In this document: positions 1-14,329 of the stretch, one piece after another
How the letters are laid out: each line of letters opens with the position of its first letter
Numbering within the stretch: position 1 is the first letter of the stretch
Source of the DNA: Thunnus thynnus
Lineage: Eukaryota
Reading direction: 5' to 3'
Assembly: GCF_963924715.1 (NCBI RefSeq)
Contig: NC_089527.1
Span: 28,250,551 to 28,314,550, forward strand
DNA: 64,000 nt
Translations under genes and position numbers: made by a program
The notes under the pieces: model-generated
Told to the model about the DNA's origin: nothing
The model's database searches: none
The model's input: only the letters and a program-made list of their open reading frames with translations

Positions 1-600
1 TGCTTGGAGTTTAGTTAACTGATTGGCTTCATCTGGCTTCATTGATAAATATAATTGGGTATCATCTGCATAACAATGAAAATTTATGGAATGTTTCATA
101 ATTTTACCTAAAGGAAGCATATATAAGGTGAATAGTATTGGACCAAGCACAGAACTCCATGTCTAACTTTTGCGTGCATAGGAGATTCATAATGTGTACA
201 AACTGAAATCGATCTGACAAATAGTATTTAAGTCAGCTTAATGTAGTTCCTTTAATGCCAGTTAAATGTTCCATTCTCTGTAATAGGATGTGATAGTCAA
301 TGGTGTCAAATGCACCACTAAGATCTTACAAGACAAGTACACAGAGAAGATCTTGTCCAATGCAATTAGGAGGTCATTTGTAACTTTCACAAGTGCTGTC
401 TCTGTGCTATGATGCACTCTAAATCCTGACTGAAAATTGTCAAATAAACCATTGTTATGTAGAAAGTCACACAACTGATTGGCCACTGCTTTCACAAGAA
501 TCTTATAGCGTTTAATATTTATGTTTGTTAGTACAAATGTAATTTTGAGTATCCAGAGGCATAAGGGCAACCCAGTGTGGGTGTACATGATATTGTTATA
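1..600 (-). mobile_element. Non-LTR (LINE) retrotransposon ORF2 reverse-transcriptase fragment, frameshifted
   Basis: The minus-strand translation contains GFRVHHSTETALVKVTNDLL (ORF 262..588) and, from about 60-180, [12 protein letters not shown], the RT YADD catalytic motif. The two pieces sit in different frames, so the copy is decayed. Confidence 0.7.
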
Positions 601-3600
601 TGTTTATTGAAATGTACTGCTGTAACCTATAGGACGTTACGAACACCGTTGCTCAAAAGATGTACTTATTTTATGCATCTTATTTTATTTATTTTATTTG
701 TAAGGGACCATGTACAGTGTCATAAACATATATGTTACCATTTGATGGTAACATTTTTTTAGAGTTCACTGAATGAAAATACACAAATTCACATAATGGA
801 GGAGAGAAGAAACCATTTAAAATTTTATAAACAAGGGACAAATTTGAATATAATGTAAAATTCTCAAAGCTCAGTATTTCGTCAGTATTCTACAGTGACG
901 ACAATTAATTGGCTTTTTGTCCACAGGATGAAAAGAGTGGACTGGAGTTGACTGTATGAGATATTGTGTAAGACTGAAACATGGATAGCACAGCTACTCT
1001 CACAATTCTAAGGAGATACCTCACATCTTTCTTCTCCCTATACACTCCAGTGTGTATAATAGACAACACTCCCATCGTGTCACGCAAATTAAGAGAATCC
1101 ATAAAATTTGATCAATTTATTCAACATATATAACACATACATGCTTTTGATGGCAATAATAAATATCATAATATCATGAATTAACATAAATTAACAATAC
1201 CATGAATTGGTATTGTTAGCCTACATTGTAACATTTCTGATGTGAGTTTGTTGTCAGAGCTGCTAAGAAGCTGACAGCAGAATTAGAACAGGACATGCAG
1301 GTTTGACTCTGAGCTGAATGATGATGATGATACAGTGATGAAGTTGCAGTGATGATGATGATGATGATGGTGATGATACCATGTTGAAGGTGGAGTGTAA
1401 AAACAGGGAGCACAGGTGGTGCTATGACTGGGTGGTAACTAAAGCCAGATCCACTGAAGGGTGTCCGATAAGAACAAAGCAAATGTCTCTTTATTTTTCA
1501 ATTGTCTTTTATTTATTGCCACACAATCAACACATGCTCATTCTTCCATATAGGTATGTGTGGTCTTCATAAAGACCTGCAAATAATCCATAGACATCAA
1601 ATACAAAATTAAATGAATAGCGTTAAATACATCTGTATCAATAACCTGGATAATTGTACATGGACCTATCCCCTCTTTTTTCAGCTTAGGTCATTATTAA
1701 ATGTATGAAATTCACACTGTCAAACCAAAATGGCCTAAAATATGTGCTGGTAAAACCATTTGATTCATGGATCTCCAGATATAAAATTACAGTGTGGATG
1801 CATTTTTGGCAGACTGGTGAATTATGACTCACCATCTAGTTAAAAATCTATGTTAATTGTACAGGATGAACAACAAAAGAACCACAAACAACTTTCTTCA
1901 TTTATTAGAATGTTTTGGGGTTTTTTTCTATTCATGATCTGTTATTTCGCCCATTAACTTTTATTATGGATAAAATTAAAGTCAGGGTGAGTCTGTCATC
2001 ACAAACACCACAAACAGAAGACCATCCACCCCTGCTGAGGCAAACAAAGACCCGGCTGACAGACAGTTGCGATGGAGCCAACTTTAACACCCACAGGAAA
2101 ACCCTACAGAAGTGTGTCTTGTCTTAGATAAGATAAAAAGGTTTGATCATTTGTCTCCTGCGGAGACAGTCACCACACAGTTTTAGAAACACTTCTCCAA
2201 AAATTATAAAATTAATATTTTCACCTCACCCCCAGATTCGAAATCCTTGTGAAAAATTGTGGAATTTTTCTTCAGTGGGACATAGTGTCACATAATCCAC
2301 CAATGATGCAAATTGTTTGTGTTTGCATATGGGCAGCTGAACACACACAGTTATTTCTTACCATATATCATTCATTTCACACCCGTATTGCTTCCATACA
2401 AACTTTTCACAATTTACTCAGTTAGCGGATAAATGCGGCAACATGTTTCACACAAAAATTGAGTGGATGTGCTGCTGACTGATGGTGTTTTGGGATGTCA
2501 AGCAGCAGCTAGTCGTAAATGTAGCAAAAGTTATGCATTTGAACAAAAAACCAACATGTACTCCAAATTGAATGACCATGTAGGTTGTTTCTACCTGCAT
2601 TCCAGAATGACCCATTGGAGTGAAATATGCCGCTTTACAAAATAGGACCTTAATATGCTGCTTTTCAAAACTGTTTGGTTTTATGGTGTTAGAACATAAT
2701 TACTTTGGCTGCTAGGTGGCGTCTGTTACTCTAACGTAACTATAAGTCGTTCTTGGTGACTGAATTTATGACCTATAGTGTCGTTTTTCTTGGGAGGACA
2801 GGCTCATGAAAAACATATGAGGGTGGATGTAATCTTGATGTGTTTGCTGTGTGTTTGGTTACAGTATATAACATTTATTATCAATATTATCTTGAAAGTG
2901 ACAGTATACTGTAGTATATGAAAGTAAAATCAAGAAGGTGCTTCACAGGAAAAGCGTTTATACAGCAAAAAACACATTCACAAATTCAGTCATTGAAAAG
3001 ATTGCAGGACTACAGCAGAGGTATCATTCTTGCAAGCAGGAGCTGAGAGTGTATTTACAGTATTTGCGTGCATAAAGGTGGAGGAGGGAGCTTGAAAATA
3101 TTTACAAAAATATACAAAAGGGGGGCCCTGCAGCAAAAAGTTTGGGAACCTTTTCAAACTTTTCTTTCAATTACATGTTGTTTCTGGAATATGATAAAGA
3201 AATGTATCCCAATAATTTACAGCTGTGCCCAACTTTACGCATCTACATTTTGCATAAATTATGACATTAAAACTTTAGAGTGGAAGTCAAGAGGGAAGCC
3301 TTCTGCAAAAGAACCAACATTCTACCCTGAACATTGAGCCGTTGCTCAGATCAGAAGGCAAAAGCCCCGCTCAGGCTCGGGTTGGCTGGGCAGCCTGAGC
3401 AGGGTTTCTGCCTTCTAATCAAAAACTCGGAAGACACTCAGGAGCCAGATATTTCTTTGTTCTGTGTTTAAGAGCAGCTGAGATTGATTAAAGGTCAGTC
3501 CACCTTAAGTGTGCCTGGTCAGGTTAGGCTAACCCATTGTTGCTAACTTTGGGGCTAACCCCCTTCCAGTCTTTTCTTGGTCTTGAGTTGCAGCATTTAT

Positions 3601-3861
3601 TAACTGACACACTGTAGCCTGTAATCTACATTTACTGCCATATTGACAACTTACTGCTAACCTTTTCCTCCGCTCCACTTGCATTCACTGTCACTTTTCT
3701 GCCACTCTCTCTCTTTATTCACTCTTCCACACAACTACACACTCACTATGCACACACATTATGCACTGTCCTATTCCTTAATGGAGCTACGCTACTCTTA
3801 TAACAGTACCTTTCACGTAGATGTCCTTTGAAGAATGAGGAGAGGGAGGATGACTCAAAAC

Positions 3862-4724
3862 TAGGGATGCATGATATTGGATTTTTTGCCAATATCCGAA
3901 ATGCCGATATTTCCAACTCATTGTGGCCGACTGCCACTGCTGATACCGATGTATGCACTTTTTTTCCAGCTGGCTGAGGGGACTATTATGCATGCAAGCA
4001 TAGATTGTACAAAGTATAATGAAGAAAGATATGAACGAAGAACTTAGGAAGACTGGAGTTCAGGAACTCTGCATTAAAACTTTAATGAACCTTCCAAGTG
4101 GGTGGAGCAGTAGTTTTCTTTGAGTTTATTAGACAGACAGGATTGATGTGTGGGATTTAATCTCTGGTCCAAACTCCGGAGCAGAAGGTGGCGGTAATGC
4201 ACCTAATACGCTGGTTGCCAACCACCGTTATAAACCAAAAAGAAGGATTTTTTTTTTCCAAACAGAGTGGTACATCCTGTCGGCCAAAGTGTTTCCTATC
4301 TGTGAAGCCGAACATAGCAGTTCCTCGACGGACTGTTTCACCCCGACGGTCACCAGCGGAGGCTAGCTGGCTGTGCTTCCCTCCGGTCATGCTGTGGCTA
4401 ACGCTCCGCTACCCTCTCAGCTAACATCAGCCCCGGCTCTCCATGCGGATCTAACCAGAGAACCGAGCCCCAATTTGTTATTCAGGTTAAAGTGGGAAGA
4501 AGCAGCAGGTCTGACGGGCAGCTGAATGAAGTGGAGCCTGTGGAGGAAGCACTGGGACCATCAGGGTGACACAGTCCGTCGAGGGAAGCACAGCCAGGAG
4601 GCGGAGGAGAAGGCGACATATCGGCCTCTCATAATCGGCAGAATTTGCCGATGCCGATATTTCATTTTAGAGCTTTTATCGACTGATACCGCTGACATCA
4701 TCATCATCATATCATGCATCCCTA
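3862..4724. mobile_element. Non-autonomous hAT-like DNA transposon (MITE), 863 bp, with a perfect 16-bp TIR and an 8-bp TSD
   Basis: The left TIR TAGGGATGCATGATAT is at 3862-3877 and the right TIR ATATCATGCATCCCTA at 4709-4724 is its exact reverse complement. The direct repeat CTCAAAAC flanks it at 3854-3861 and 4725-4732. There are subterminal GCCGATAT repeats and no intact transposase ORF. Confidence 0.75.
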
Positions 4725-4999
4725 CTCAAAACAATTCTACAGTAATGTACGGTATTAACATGCTCGCACAGTTTGTGAGTGAAAATCATTAGTAGCCCAC
4801 TGATATAAATGACCGTTTGAAATTTTAACAGCAGCGCTCATAATTTTGCAGTGGAAGTGCCTTAATATAGGGGAAACACTGCGATAACTCTCCCTGCTTT
4901 TTCATCTGTTTCTATTTTTGGATATATGTAAACTGTAAGGGAACTGGGGGGAGCACCTGACAAAGACTTATTCTGACACCCAGAGGCACGAGCCAGTCA

Positions 5000-7200
5000 C
5001 CATTCTGGATGACATGCCACCAATTCATCCACCTAAGCATGAGATGGACACAAGGCCCCTACATGGAATGAGATGGAGAATGGGCAAGAACAGCATCAGC
5101 CCCAGGGCCCAATGGCATTCCATACAGGTTCAATACATCCTGCAATACCCCTGGAAGCTAATGAAAGTGGCATGGGGGAAAGGATTCATACCTGAGGCAT
5201 GGCAAAGGCTTTTCCCAAAGAAAAAACTCCTCAACCATCACCCAGTTCCGCCAGGTAAGTCTTCTGAAGGTGAAAGGAAAGATTGTCTTTGGTGTGGTGG
5301 CCCAAAGACTCTCAGCATTTTTGCAGAACAACAACTTTGTCGATACATCAGTGCAGAAAGCAGGGATACATGGTTTCTCACGATGTCAGGAACATGCAAA
5401 TATCATCTGGCACCAGATACAAACTGCAAAGAAGGAGAAGAGAGACCTGCATGTGGTTTTCCTAGAGCTGGCCAATGCCTTTGGGGTGGTGCCTCACAAG
5501 ACTTCTTCCAGGTCCCAGAGGGCATCACAAAGCTTGTCAAAGCTTACTTCCAGGATCTCCAGTTATGCATCACAACACAGGACAACACCACTGTCTGGCA
5601 GCACCTTGAGATAGGCATAATGGTGGGCTGTACCATTTCTCCCCCTGGCATTAATCATGGCAATGGAGGTCATCATCCGAGCATCATGATGGGTGGTCAG
5701 AGGAGAATGCTTGAAGAATGGGCTGCGTCTTCCTCCAATCAGGGCATACATGGATGACATGATCACACTAAGAACAACAAAAGCATGCACCAATCGCCTG
5801 CTGGATAAACTTCAGGAAAACATCAAATGGGCACAAATGGAGATCAAACCCAAGTAAATCACTGTGTTCAAAGGCTGGCTCACACACAAAAGGTTCTGCA
5901 TCAACACTGAGCCAATACCAAATGTCCTGGAGAAGCCCATCAAAAGCCTCGGACGATGGTACAACGTATACCTCAAAGATACTGAGCAGGTGGAACAACT
6001 CAGGATGCAATCACTGGCCTCAAGCAAATCAATAACACTGCTCTCCCAGGGAAGCTGAAGCTTTGGTGTTTTCAATTTGGACTGCTACCTTGACTCAGGG
6101 CCAATTACCATTTATGAGGTTACTCTATTTCATGCAATTGACTGAAGAGACTGGTGAATTCACAAGTAAGGAAGTAGCTTAGGCTACGGAGATGCCTCAG
6201 CAGCATAGGGCTTTATGGGAACAGAGCCCTCTCACTGCCAATCCCTAAGCTGGTGGAGGAATACAAATGTGCCAAAGCAAGCCAGACATGATACTCACAG
6301 AATCTTGGAATTCAATCGTAAGAGGCTTTGCTCCAACTCAAACAACAGGGAAGAAATGGACCCCACCCACAGCAATACTGGAAGCAGAATATGCCCTCCG
6401 ACATCAGGATATAGTGGGCCATGTCCAACAAGGCAGAGGGGGCTTTGGCTGGGGAGCAATAAAACCTACTTGGCAAAAGGCTACTCCAACTGAACACTGG
6501 CACCTGGTGGTGGAGGAGGTGTGCCGCCAAGAAGAAGCAGCCAGGTGTGTCAAAGCATTATCCCAAGCCAAGCAAGTCCGCTGGGAGAGGTGGGATGGCG
6601 TTAAGAGGAGGAAAATGGCATGGAGTGAGCTATGGAGCATGGAGTCAAATAGGTTGAGTTTCATCATCAGAGCCACATATGATGTCCTGCCCTTTCCCAC
6701 AAACCTAAATCTTTGGCTGGGAGAGGATCCAGTTTGTCCCCAGTGTGCAGTTCTGGCAACCCTCAAGCACATCTTGGTTGGTTTTAAGACCAGCCTAACA
6801 CAAGGCAGATACACCTGGTGACACAACAAAGTGCTGAGGTGTTTGGCAGCTGAACTTGAGTGCAAGAGATCAACCAGCAATGTCAGGCCTGTCAATGCCC
6901 AGACAACGTTCCCACAACTACCATCCATCATCTGGGAAGGAGAGAAACAGTGGGCTAACTCCTCGCCTCCCAACTCATGCCCACTGAATGCAGCTAGGAA
7001 CCGGGAAATGCATGTTGACCTTGGCCAGAGACTCACCTTCCCATCTGAAAATTTCAACGACCAACCTACAACCAGATCTGGTCCTCTGGTCCAACTCCTG
7101 CTGGCATGTCTTCATCATTGAGCTGACTGTCCTCTGGGAGGATGCTGTGGATAAGGCATATGAACAAAAAAGATTGTGATGGGCCAACCTTGCAGTTGAA
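5000..7200 (+). mobile_element. Degraded LINE/retrotransposon ORF2 (RT plus C-terminal zinc-binding region), multiple frameshifts
   Basis: ORF 5270..5614 has RT-like motifs (QKAGIHGFSRCQEHANIIW...DLHVVFLELANAFGVVPHK). ORF 6267..6821 ends LPFPTNLNLWLGEDPVCPQCAVLATLKHILVGFKTSLTQGRYTW, typical of the RT C-terminal domain of vertebrate LINE-like elements. The coding is broken across three frames. Confidence 0.6.
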
Positions 7201-8520
7201 GCAGAGGAGTGAGGCTGGATCAGACTGCAGTGTGCCTGCCTCAGCTGAGGTTGTCATGTGATAAAAGGCCGAAACACCTAGTGATGTCGACGTACACAAC
7301 TGAAGATGTGTCATAATGGTAGCACCATCATCAGGTGGTCATCTTCAAGAACAACCCCACTCAAGTCAATTGTAGTACAGAAACTTCACTGATACCCGGT
7401 CCTACGAATCAATCTGCTTCCTCATGTTGCTCCCCGTCACCACCAGTATGTGTGTCTTACATTGACATTTGGCAGCTATGTCACCCACCACACAGCAGGC
7501 CACACCAGGCGTCATAGATTTTCAGTCGTATGACATTAGCCTCAGACTACCGCTTCAGTATTACTGCCTGCCCTCTGCTCTATCATCTAAGCTTAACTGA
7601 GCCACAAGAGCAACAAGATGAGAAGATGAAAGTGAGGACGGTGAGGAGAAGAAGCTGTGAGAGAAAGATATCAGCAATCCACATCCAGTTGATGTGACGC
7701 GCATACTGTACAGTAAGAAGAGTGAGGAGAGTACATAACATCAGTGGATGAGAGAAAGAGAGCAGGCAGATGGCAGTGAACAGCAAATGTGATAATAGAG
7801 GAAGCAGAGTGAGCAGGGAAGGAAGCAGGAGGAAGACGAAAGGATGGATAAGGGAAGACAAGCTTTAAAGGAGAACAGGGAGAGCCAGAATTGTGTCAGT
7901 GTTGATGATGTGCTTTTCTTTTTCTGCATGAATGAAATCAATCAGGAGGACAGATGTCTAGTGTCTGAGGTGATGACTAGTATTCAGGGAAATTATGAGT
8001 GGCTGAATGTGTGGCTCCCAAAAAAGGAATGCGAGCAGGATAAAATCCTCACACTAATCACCATCTATTGTCTCTGTGGTCAGAGTGCTTTGGTGTCCTC
8101 ATAGGAGCCAGAGCTCCTCCTGATGGCATGTTTGGGGACTGCAATCCTCTGTGACATGCAAGTACATGAGTGAAATTTAATGCTGTGTTCAGGCCAGCAG
8201 AAAACATATGGGGCTGCATCACTGTGGGCATGTTGCTAAATATACAGATGAACAGATAATATTCAATCCAGGGAGTCCAGTTGGCAAGGCAAGGCAAGTC
8301 TATTTGTATAGCACATTTCAACAACAAGGCAATTCAAAGTGCTTTACATAGAGCATAAAAGGCATCAAGACAGAATATAAAAGCAACACAAGGCGATGTA
8401 AAGAGACATTTAAGCAGTTGGAAGGATTATCAACACAAACACACTGCAGCACTGTGTACTCCTTTGAAGTGAGATCCATGTGGGTCCATGGATGCATGTT
8501 AGTGCTATGTAAAGTGCTTT

Positions 8521-8590
8521 ACAGGTGACTGACAAGCTAATAATATAAATATAATAATAATAATAATGATAATAATAATATAAATAAGCT
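8521..8590. repeat. (TAA/ATA)n microsatellite
   Basis: ataataataataatgataataataata. Confidence 0.8.
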
Positions 8591-8970
8591 AAAGTTAAGA
8601 CATACAGTATAAACTGTAAAACTATTTGACACTAATGAAGAAAAAATGTATAAATATATTAGAGATTAAGATAAAATGGAAAAATTGTGACATTATGATA
8701 AATAAAAGACATTAGAAGCATTTAAAAAAAAAAAAAAAAAACGATTAAAGATTAAAAATCAATGGCCCATTTTAAGTAAAAGCCAGACTAAAGAGAGGGA
8801 TTTTAAATTTATGTTATCAACACTTTTAGCTACTCTTAGATCCTTGGGCGGACTCAAAGCATAAAAACTAAATGTTTGGTAACACTTAAGTCTGCAAAGT
8901 ACAGCCTCATTATGAAAATTTTCAGTGTATTTTTCAATACTGTACTATAATACTATAATGTGTACCAGTA

Positions 8971-9040
8971 CAGTACATACAGATACATGTATACATACAT
9001 ACATATGTACGTACATACATACATACATACATACATATTG
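8971..9040. repeat. (TACA)n tetranucleotide microsatellite
   Basis: atacatacatacatatgtacgtacatacatacatacatacatac. Confidence 0.85.
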
Positions 9041-9644
9041 GTACAAGGGAACAAGATGTGAAGTTAGGGAATAAGGGGGTAATAATGGGAATTTAATCTA
9101 ATCTCTAGGTCCCTATTCTAGTATTCTAGTACACTATGATTTCCTAATCTCCATTGATATGGTGACCATCGTGGAAGACAAATATATCATCTAGTCTGAG
9201 CTTGGCATAAGTATTTTTAACTATTGAGTACCTGTTTTAATATTACGGAGTACAGTATGACAGTATGACAATATTCCAATAATTCAATTAAGCATTGATT
9301 AGACTAGACTGTGATTTAGATAAAGTGTTGTCTGCAAATGCTGGAGTTAGACAAAATGAAACCCTAACCCTTTCCACAAGATGTCCCCTGATTTATGAGA
9401 GATGGCTGCTGTGAGTGCTATGGCATGATTGGGACACGAGCAGATTGGATCTATATTTAGGTATGGTTTGGAATTTCAGTGTCATGCATTGTCTTTCTGG
9501 ATTTGTGGGTGATTTAGATCATTTTCAATTTTATCAGTGATCCTCTCATCTCTCTGCATTTTTCCAGGCACTTTGGTGGCTTCTGTTACCTGATGATGCA
9601 AATCTTGGCAGGCAGAAATGGCAGCAGTGAGAATCCCCACTATG

Positions 9645-9677
<33 letters not shown>

Positions 9678-9692
9678 TGGTGTGTGTGTGGC
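9645..9692. repeat. (TG)n microsatellite
   Basis: tgtgtgtgtgtgtgtgtgtgtgtg. Confidence 0.9.
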
Positions 9693-10864
9693 ATCCGGTG
9701 TTGATTTAACGATTGGCAATCACAGTGAGAGAGGAAACTCTGATTGTGATGAACTTGCCTCCTGCTGTTCTCTCTTGTTGAGTTTCCTTTCCAGCATGAC
9801 TCGTGTAATTATCCTCCAATTTGTTATCCAGATTTTTTTTCTGGACACAACTACTCAAACATCCAGACAAATCACTTGGAATCAAAGAGTGATTATGGTA
9901 GAAAAGGGTCAATGAACTTGTTCCAAGCATCAATGTGACTTCCACTCTTGACACAGGAATGTGGACAGGAGTAATCTCTCCACCACACAACAATGTAGCA
10001 CTGTTTAAATCATCTGTTAGTGATGTCCTGTCCTTATCTTGTATTAAAACTGATGTTCTGTTGCGTCTGCAAAAGGGAGAGAAAACTTTTTTTGTTAATC
10101 AAAAAGAAATTGGTAGAGTCTGATTTCATGTTTCCCTTAAAAAGATGTAAATGTTTAGATTGATTCTATTTATTTTTGCAAAAGGGTCTGAAATTCAAAA
10201 ATTTACTTGAGGTATAGTGCTGTGCATGCCACTGAACTTACCAAAAAGCTTACAGTGGAACAAAAACAATGTGGCAGAGGGGGATGTAGAAGTTACAAAA
10301 GCGTCAGGTGTGTTTCAGCCAACCTTCAAGTCTTCAGGGAGAACTTGACAGTAGAACATATTATCTTTAAATCTTGTGTTAGAATGATATTGATAAACAT
10401 ATCAATTAATAATACTGACTGCTCCAGATACGTGTTATGATGTCATTTGCTTATTCCACAGTCCTGAGTATCCTCGACACTGTTTATTAATGTGTCCTGT
10501 GCTGGCACGTCTTTATTATCTTGGCTTTGTATGTTCAATGAAATGCACAGTAAATTATATGGAGGTATAGCATTAGTGTGTTTGCAGGTCATATTACAGC
10601 AGTGTTCACATCTCCCCTGTGCAGTTAATTGACAGTCCACAGGAAGAACTAGAAGAGTGCATTCAGTAGTGTGTAGATCTCCGCCAAGTGTGTCTGGTGG
10701 CATGTATAGTCTCAGTTTTCTTTAAGATGCATAGAATAGTGTAATGGTATTGTAACTGAGTGTCATCCTGGGTTCACCCAACTATATAAACTTAAGGTAA
10801 CATAAACAGGATGATAAGTCCAAACTCAATTTAAACATTGTTATTTATTTAGAACATTTTGTTG

Positions 10865-11100
10865 TAACCATAGACTGTATAAAAATATGGACGTATTTAC
10901 CGTGACGTCACCCGTTGGTTTCTGAAGAGCGGTTTTGAAGCTCAAAGTGAGCCACTCCGGCCGTCGCCATCTTGGCAGTGCGTGACGCTTCCTAACTCCC
11001 AGCCAATCAAAAATGGGCAAAGAGGCAGGCCGAATGGCTAAAACAAGCCACCTAGTGGCTGGCGGACCTGTCACTCAAAGCAGCCATGTTCTTCATTATG
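10865..11100. mobile_element. Terminal fragment of a long-TIR element family (terminus CATAGACTGTA(A)nATATGGACGT), with a GTGACGTCAC palindrome and a CCAAT motif
   Basis: 10865-10960 matches the termini of the element at 49621-50532 (catagactgtataaaaatatggacgta...gtgacgtcacccgttggtttctgaag vs atagactgtaaaaaaaatatggacgtag...gtcacccattggtttgtggactg). No partner terminus was found nearby, so this is a solo or truncated copy. Confidence 0.5.
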
Positions 11101-14100
11101 CATAACTTTACAGCTCAATAAAATTTAAACGGGCAAGTTATAAAAAAAATTCACCCCCCGTACAGTTATCATGAAAGGGGAAATTAGCTACAGAGACCTA
11201 AACCGTTTTTTGTACCAGGCTGTAAACATGTTTATTTCTGCTGTAAAGTTGGGTATTTTAACATGGGTGTGTATGGGGATTGACTCACTTTTGGAGCCAG
11301 TCTCAAGTGGCCATATAAGGAACTGCAGTTTTTAGCACTTCCGCATTGGCTTCATTTTTCAGCCCTGGAGGTTGCCACTTGGTTGTAACACACCACACAA
11401 AATAAAACCCCTCTCTCTCCCCTACCAAACAAAGAAGAGTTGAATCTCACTGAATTGTCCCTCCCGGCTCCCTTGCATTCAGGATGGCAGCAAACTAAAG
11501 CATGGATTTATTTATCTCGTATTGTGCCTGACTTTAGTGGCTCATAACATATCGGATATGGAATTAATCTGCAGATGCTCCAGTTCAAGATGAGACTAAA
11601 CCTTTCTATGAATGTCAGTTTGTGAGCGATTACAAAGGCCAAAATGTGGCCTGCAACAGACTTGTTTTTAGCCTAGCAGATTGCCAGAAATGCCTTTTGC
11701 TGCAGTTGTTGATCATTTGCAGCCCCTACCAGCCAGTTAAGAGGAGTGAGGAGTCAGTAGTCAATGGTGGTATAAAATGCATTATAAAGTAGGTTTTTCA
11801 GCAATTGTGAATCACTGCAAACACAAGAGGTCTTTGAGCATACAGTCATAAATGTGCACAAATATTAGGCTGATGGGTCCGGTAGTATGTGAGATTAGCT
11901 GTGGACAGATACACACATGCAAACACACATGGACACACACAAACAAACACATGATCTCCTCCAGTCTTATGTCTGGCGGATACAATTACCATTAACACCA
12001 TTACAACCCATTCACGTCTTTGTAAAATGTCAACAGGCATAATGCTGCTGCCAAGTTTATGTTCTCAACCACTGCCTGTGTACATTATATGCATTTTCAA
12101 CAACCTTGTAAGAAAGCTGTCAATTGAACCCCAGTGAACAGTGTGAACCAATGCACCAAGAGTGCCAGAAAATTACTTTCTGCGCCCAAGTGAACATTTA
12201 ATTTTATTTATGGGGAGATCACCATGCAGAGCAATTAAAGGGTTATATGATATGAACTGACATTTAGTGCCAATGCAGGAAATAGTATGGTATTCATATA
12301 GCACAGGGATAATAAGGCTGTGGAGCTCCAGGGATGTGGGTGGATGTACAAAGCGTTTGAGTTTAACATTGGCAGCCATTGTTGATGATCTTAAACCATT
12401 TTCCTGAACTTGCTGTGATTTAAGTTGCCTAAGAGAATAGTCATTTTGGGAAATATTTGTTTTCTTGCCAATAATTAGATGAGAAGATCATACCACTTTC
12501 ATATTTGAGTGCTAAAAATGAAGTTACCTCCAGCAGCCAGTTAGCCTAGCATAAAGAAACAGCTAGCCTAGCTCTATCCAAAGGTAACAAAATCCATCAA
12601 CTAGCACCTCTAAACCTCACAAAACCAAAGCATAAAAAAGGAAAGTTTCTGCTGCCAGTCAATAAATAATTTCTCACATAATCCCATGTAAACACACAAA
12701 TTATTGTTATATCATTCCATTTTCTTTCTTTATGCTAAGCTAAGCTAACTGTCTCCTGGCACCATCTTCAAATTTAGATATGAGATACAGATATGAGAGT
12801 GGTGATATTTATATTTTAAAGATCACCTCCAGACATGTATTAAGACAAATAAAAAAGACATAAAAGCAACAATAATGTCTGTCTGATATGGTTTTCCAAC
12901 CACAAAAAGTATCCTGTAATTACCACTTTAATGTCTTTAAAAAGGCATCTATTCCCTCTTTGTCATTAAAAATTTCAGAATATATGAATATGCAAATATA
13001 TTTAATTTCAGAAGTTTTCCAGTTGGACGCAAGATGTTTCCTACTTAATTGAAAAGTTCAGTATATGTGCACTGGAGGCTTCTAGTTTCAACATCACACT
13101 TGTGTACTTGTGTAAGCGTATTTCCCAAAATGTCAAACTATTCCTTTAACCATTCTGTAGGATCATGTTGAAATAAAGACTTTAATATTCACCATAAACA
13201 TTTTCAGATATGTTATATATGAATGTTTTATCAATATAAACAATAAAATATAACTTAATCTAGGCAGCATTACGTTTCCCCAAAACATATTTTTGCAAAA
13301 TGGTTGCATATGAATGTAGATCAGGCTGGTGTGTGGGCTTTCCTGGCTCTGACAAGGTCGCTTTTTATAGAGGATTATTTAGGGATTTCATCATGTTAAT
13401 GACACATCGCCTGGAATGTGGATTTAATTTTACAAAGATTTTCACACGAGTGACATGTTTCATAAGATGCTGGATATTTATTTTTCTCTTCTTCCATTTA
13501 CAAATAAATTTAAGCAAAAAACTAAGAACATTTGTTAACAAGGCCCAAAGACTCCTCTGAGTAAATAATGTAATAGTCGAAAGGGAAATGACTGCCTGCA
13601 GCAAACTGTTTGCCTGGCATCTGTACGCTCTGACAACCAGCACACAGCCTCATTTTTAATGTTAAACAGCAGCAATTAAAAAGCTATTCAGCTCCAGATA
13701 ATTGAGCTTTGTTTATGTAATGGTCCATCAAGATGTCATGGACACCATACAGCACCAGAGGTACAGTAGCACAGTAGCTTTGAATCACTAACTTTGTTTA
13801 GAATTATATTAGCTTTATACCATTTAACATGCAGATGGTCTGTGGCTCTTAATGAGTCATGAGATAAACAATGTTTAAGGATGCGGACATGCTGAGCAGC
13901 CAAATATTTTTTGTTGACAGTGTGTGGGTGCTGATTTTTTTTTTCTTATATGGAAAGCCTTTTCTATTTTTTTACATTGTTTTTTTTTTTAAACTTGTAA
14001 CTGTATTGTGATTGTGCTCTGGATTTTCGACATACTTGTCATTACGAGAATTAATGTTTTCAGTGTAGACTGTATGGGTTCCAGTGTTCTTTTGTTGATA

Positions 14101-14329
14101 TTTTTTATGATATTTATCATATTTTCTATTTCTATTCTACAGTTGTGTAGTTAGTACTACTGTACAATACTACAAGTAGTCTTTTCTGTGGAACAGTTGT
14201 TTGTTTTTCTGGAATCTTATTGTTAGTCATAATTATTTTCTATTCTGAAACAGATCATTGTTTTTACATTTTATTGGGGAAATTGAGGGAGGTTCACCTT
14301 GGGCCCTATTAGCATGTTTTCATGTTTTT

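Noticed and set aside
5014-5757. 247-aa ORF that could be mistaken for a host gene
   Set aside because: Its content is RT-like and, together with the neighbouring frames (5270..5614, 6267..6821), it forms a frameshifted LINE ORF2. It is a transposon remnant, not a cellular gene.
12536-12753. ~200-bp inverted repeat pair (cagttagcctagcataaag / ctttatgctaagctaagctaactg)
   Set aside because: The arms are short and imperfect, and I could not define termini or a TSD. It is a possible MITE, but the evidence is too weak to call.
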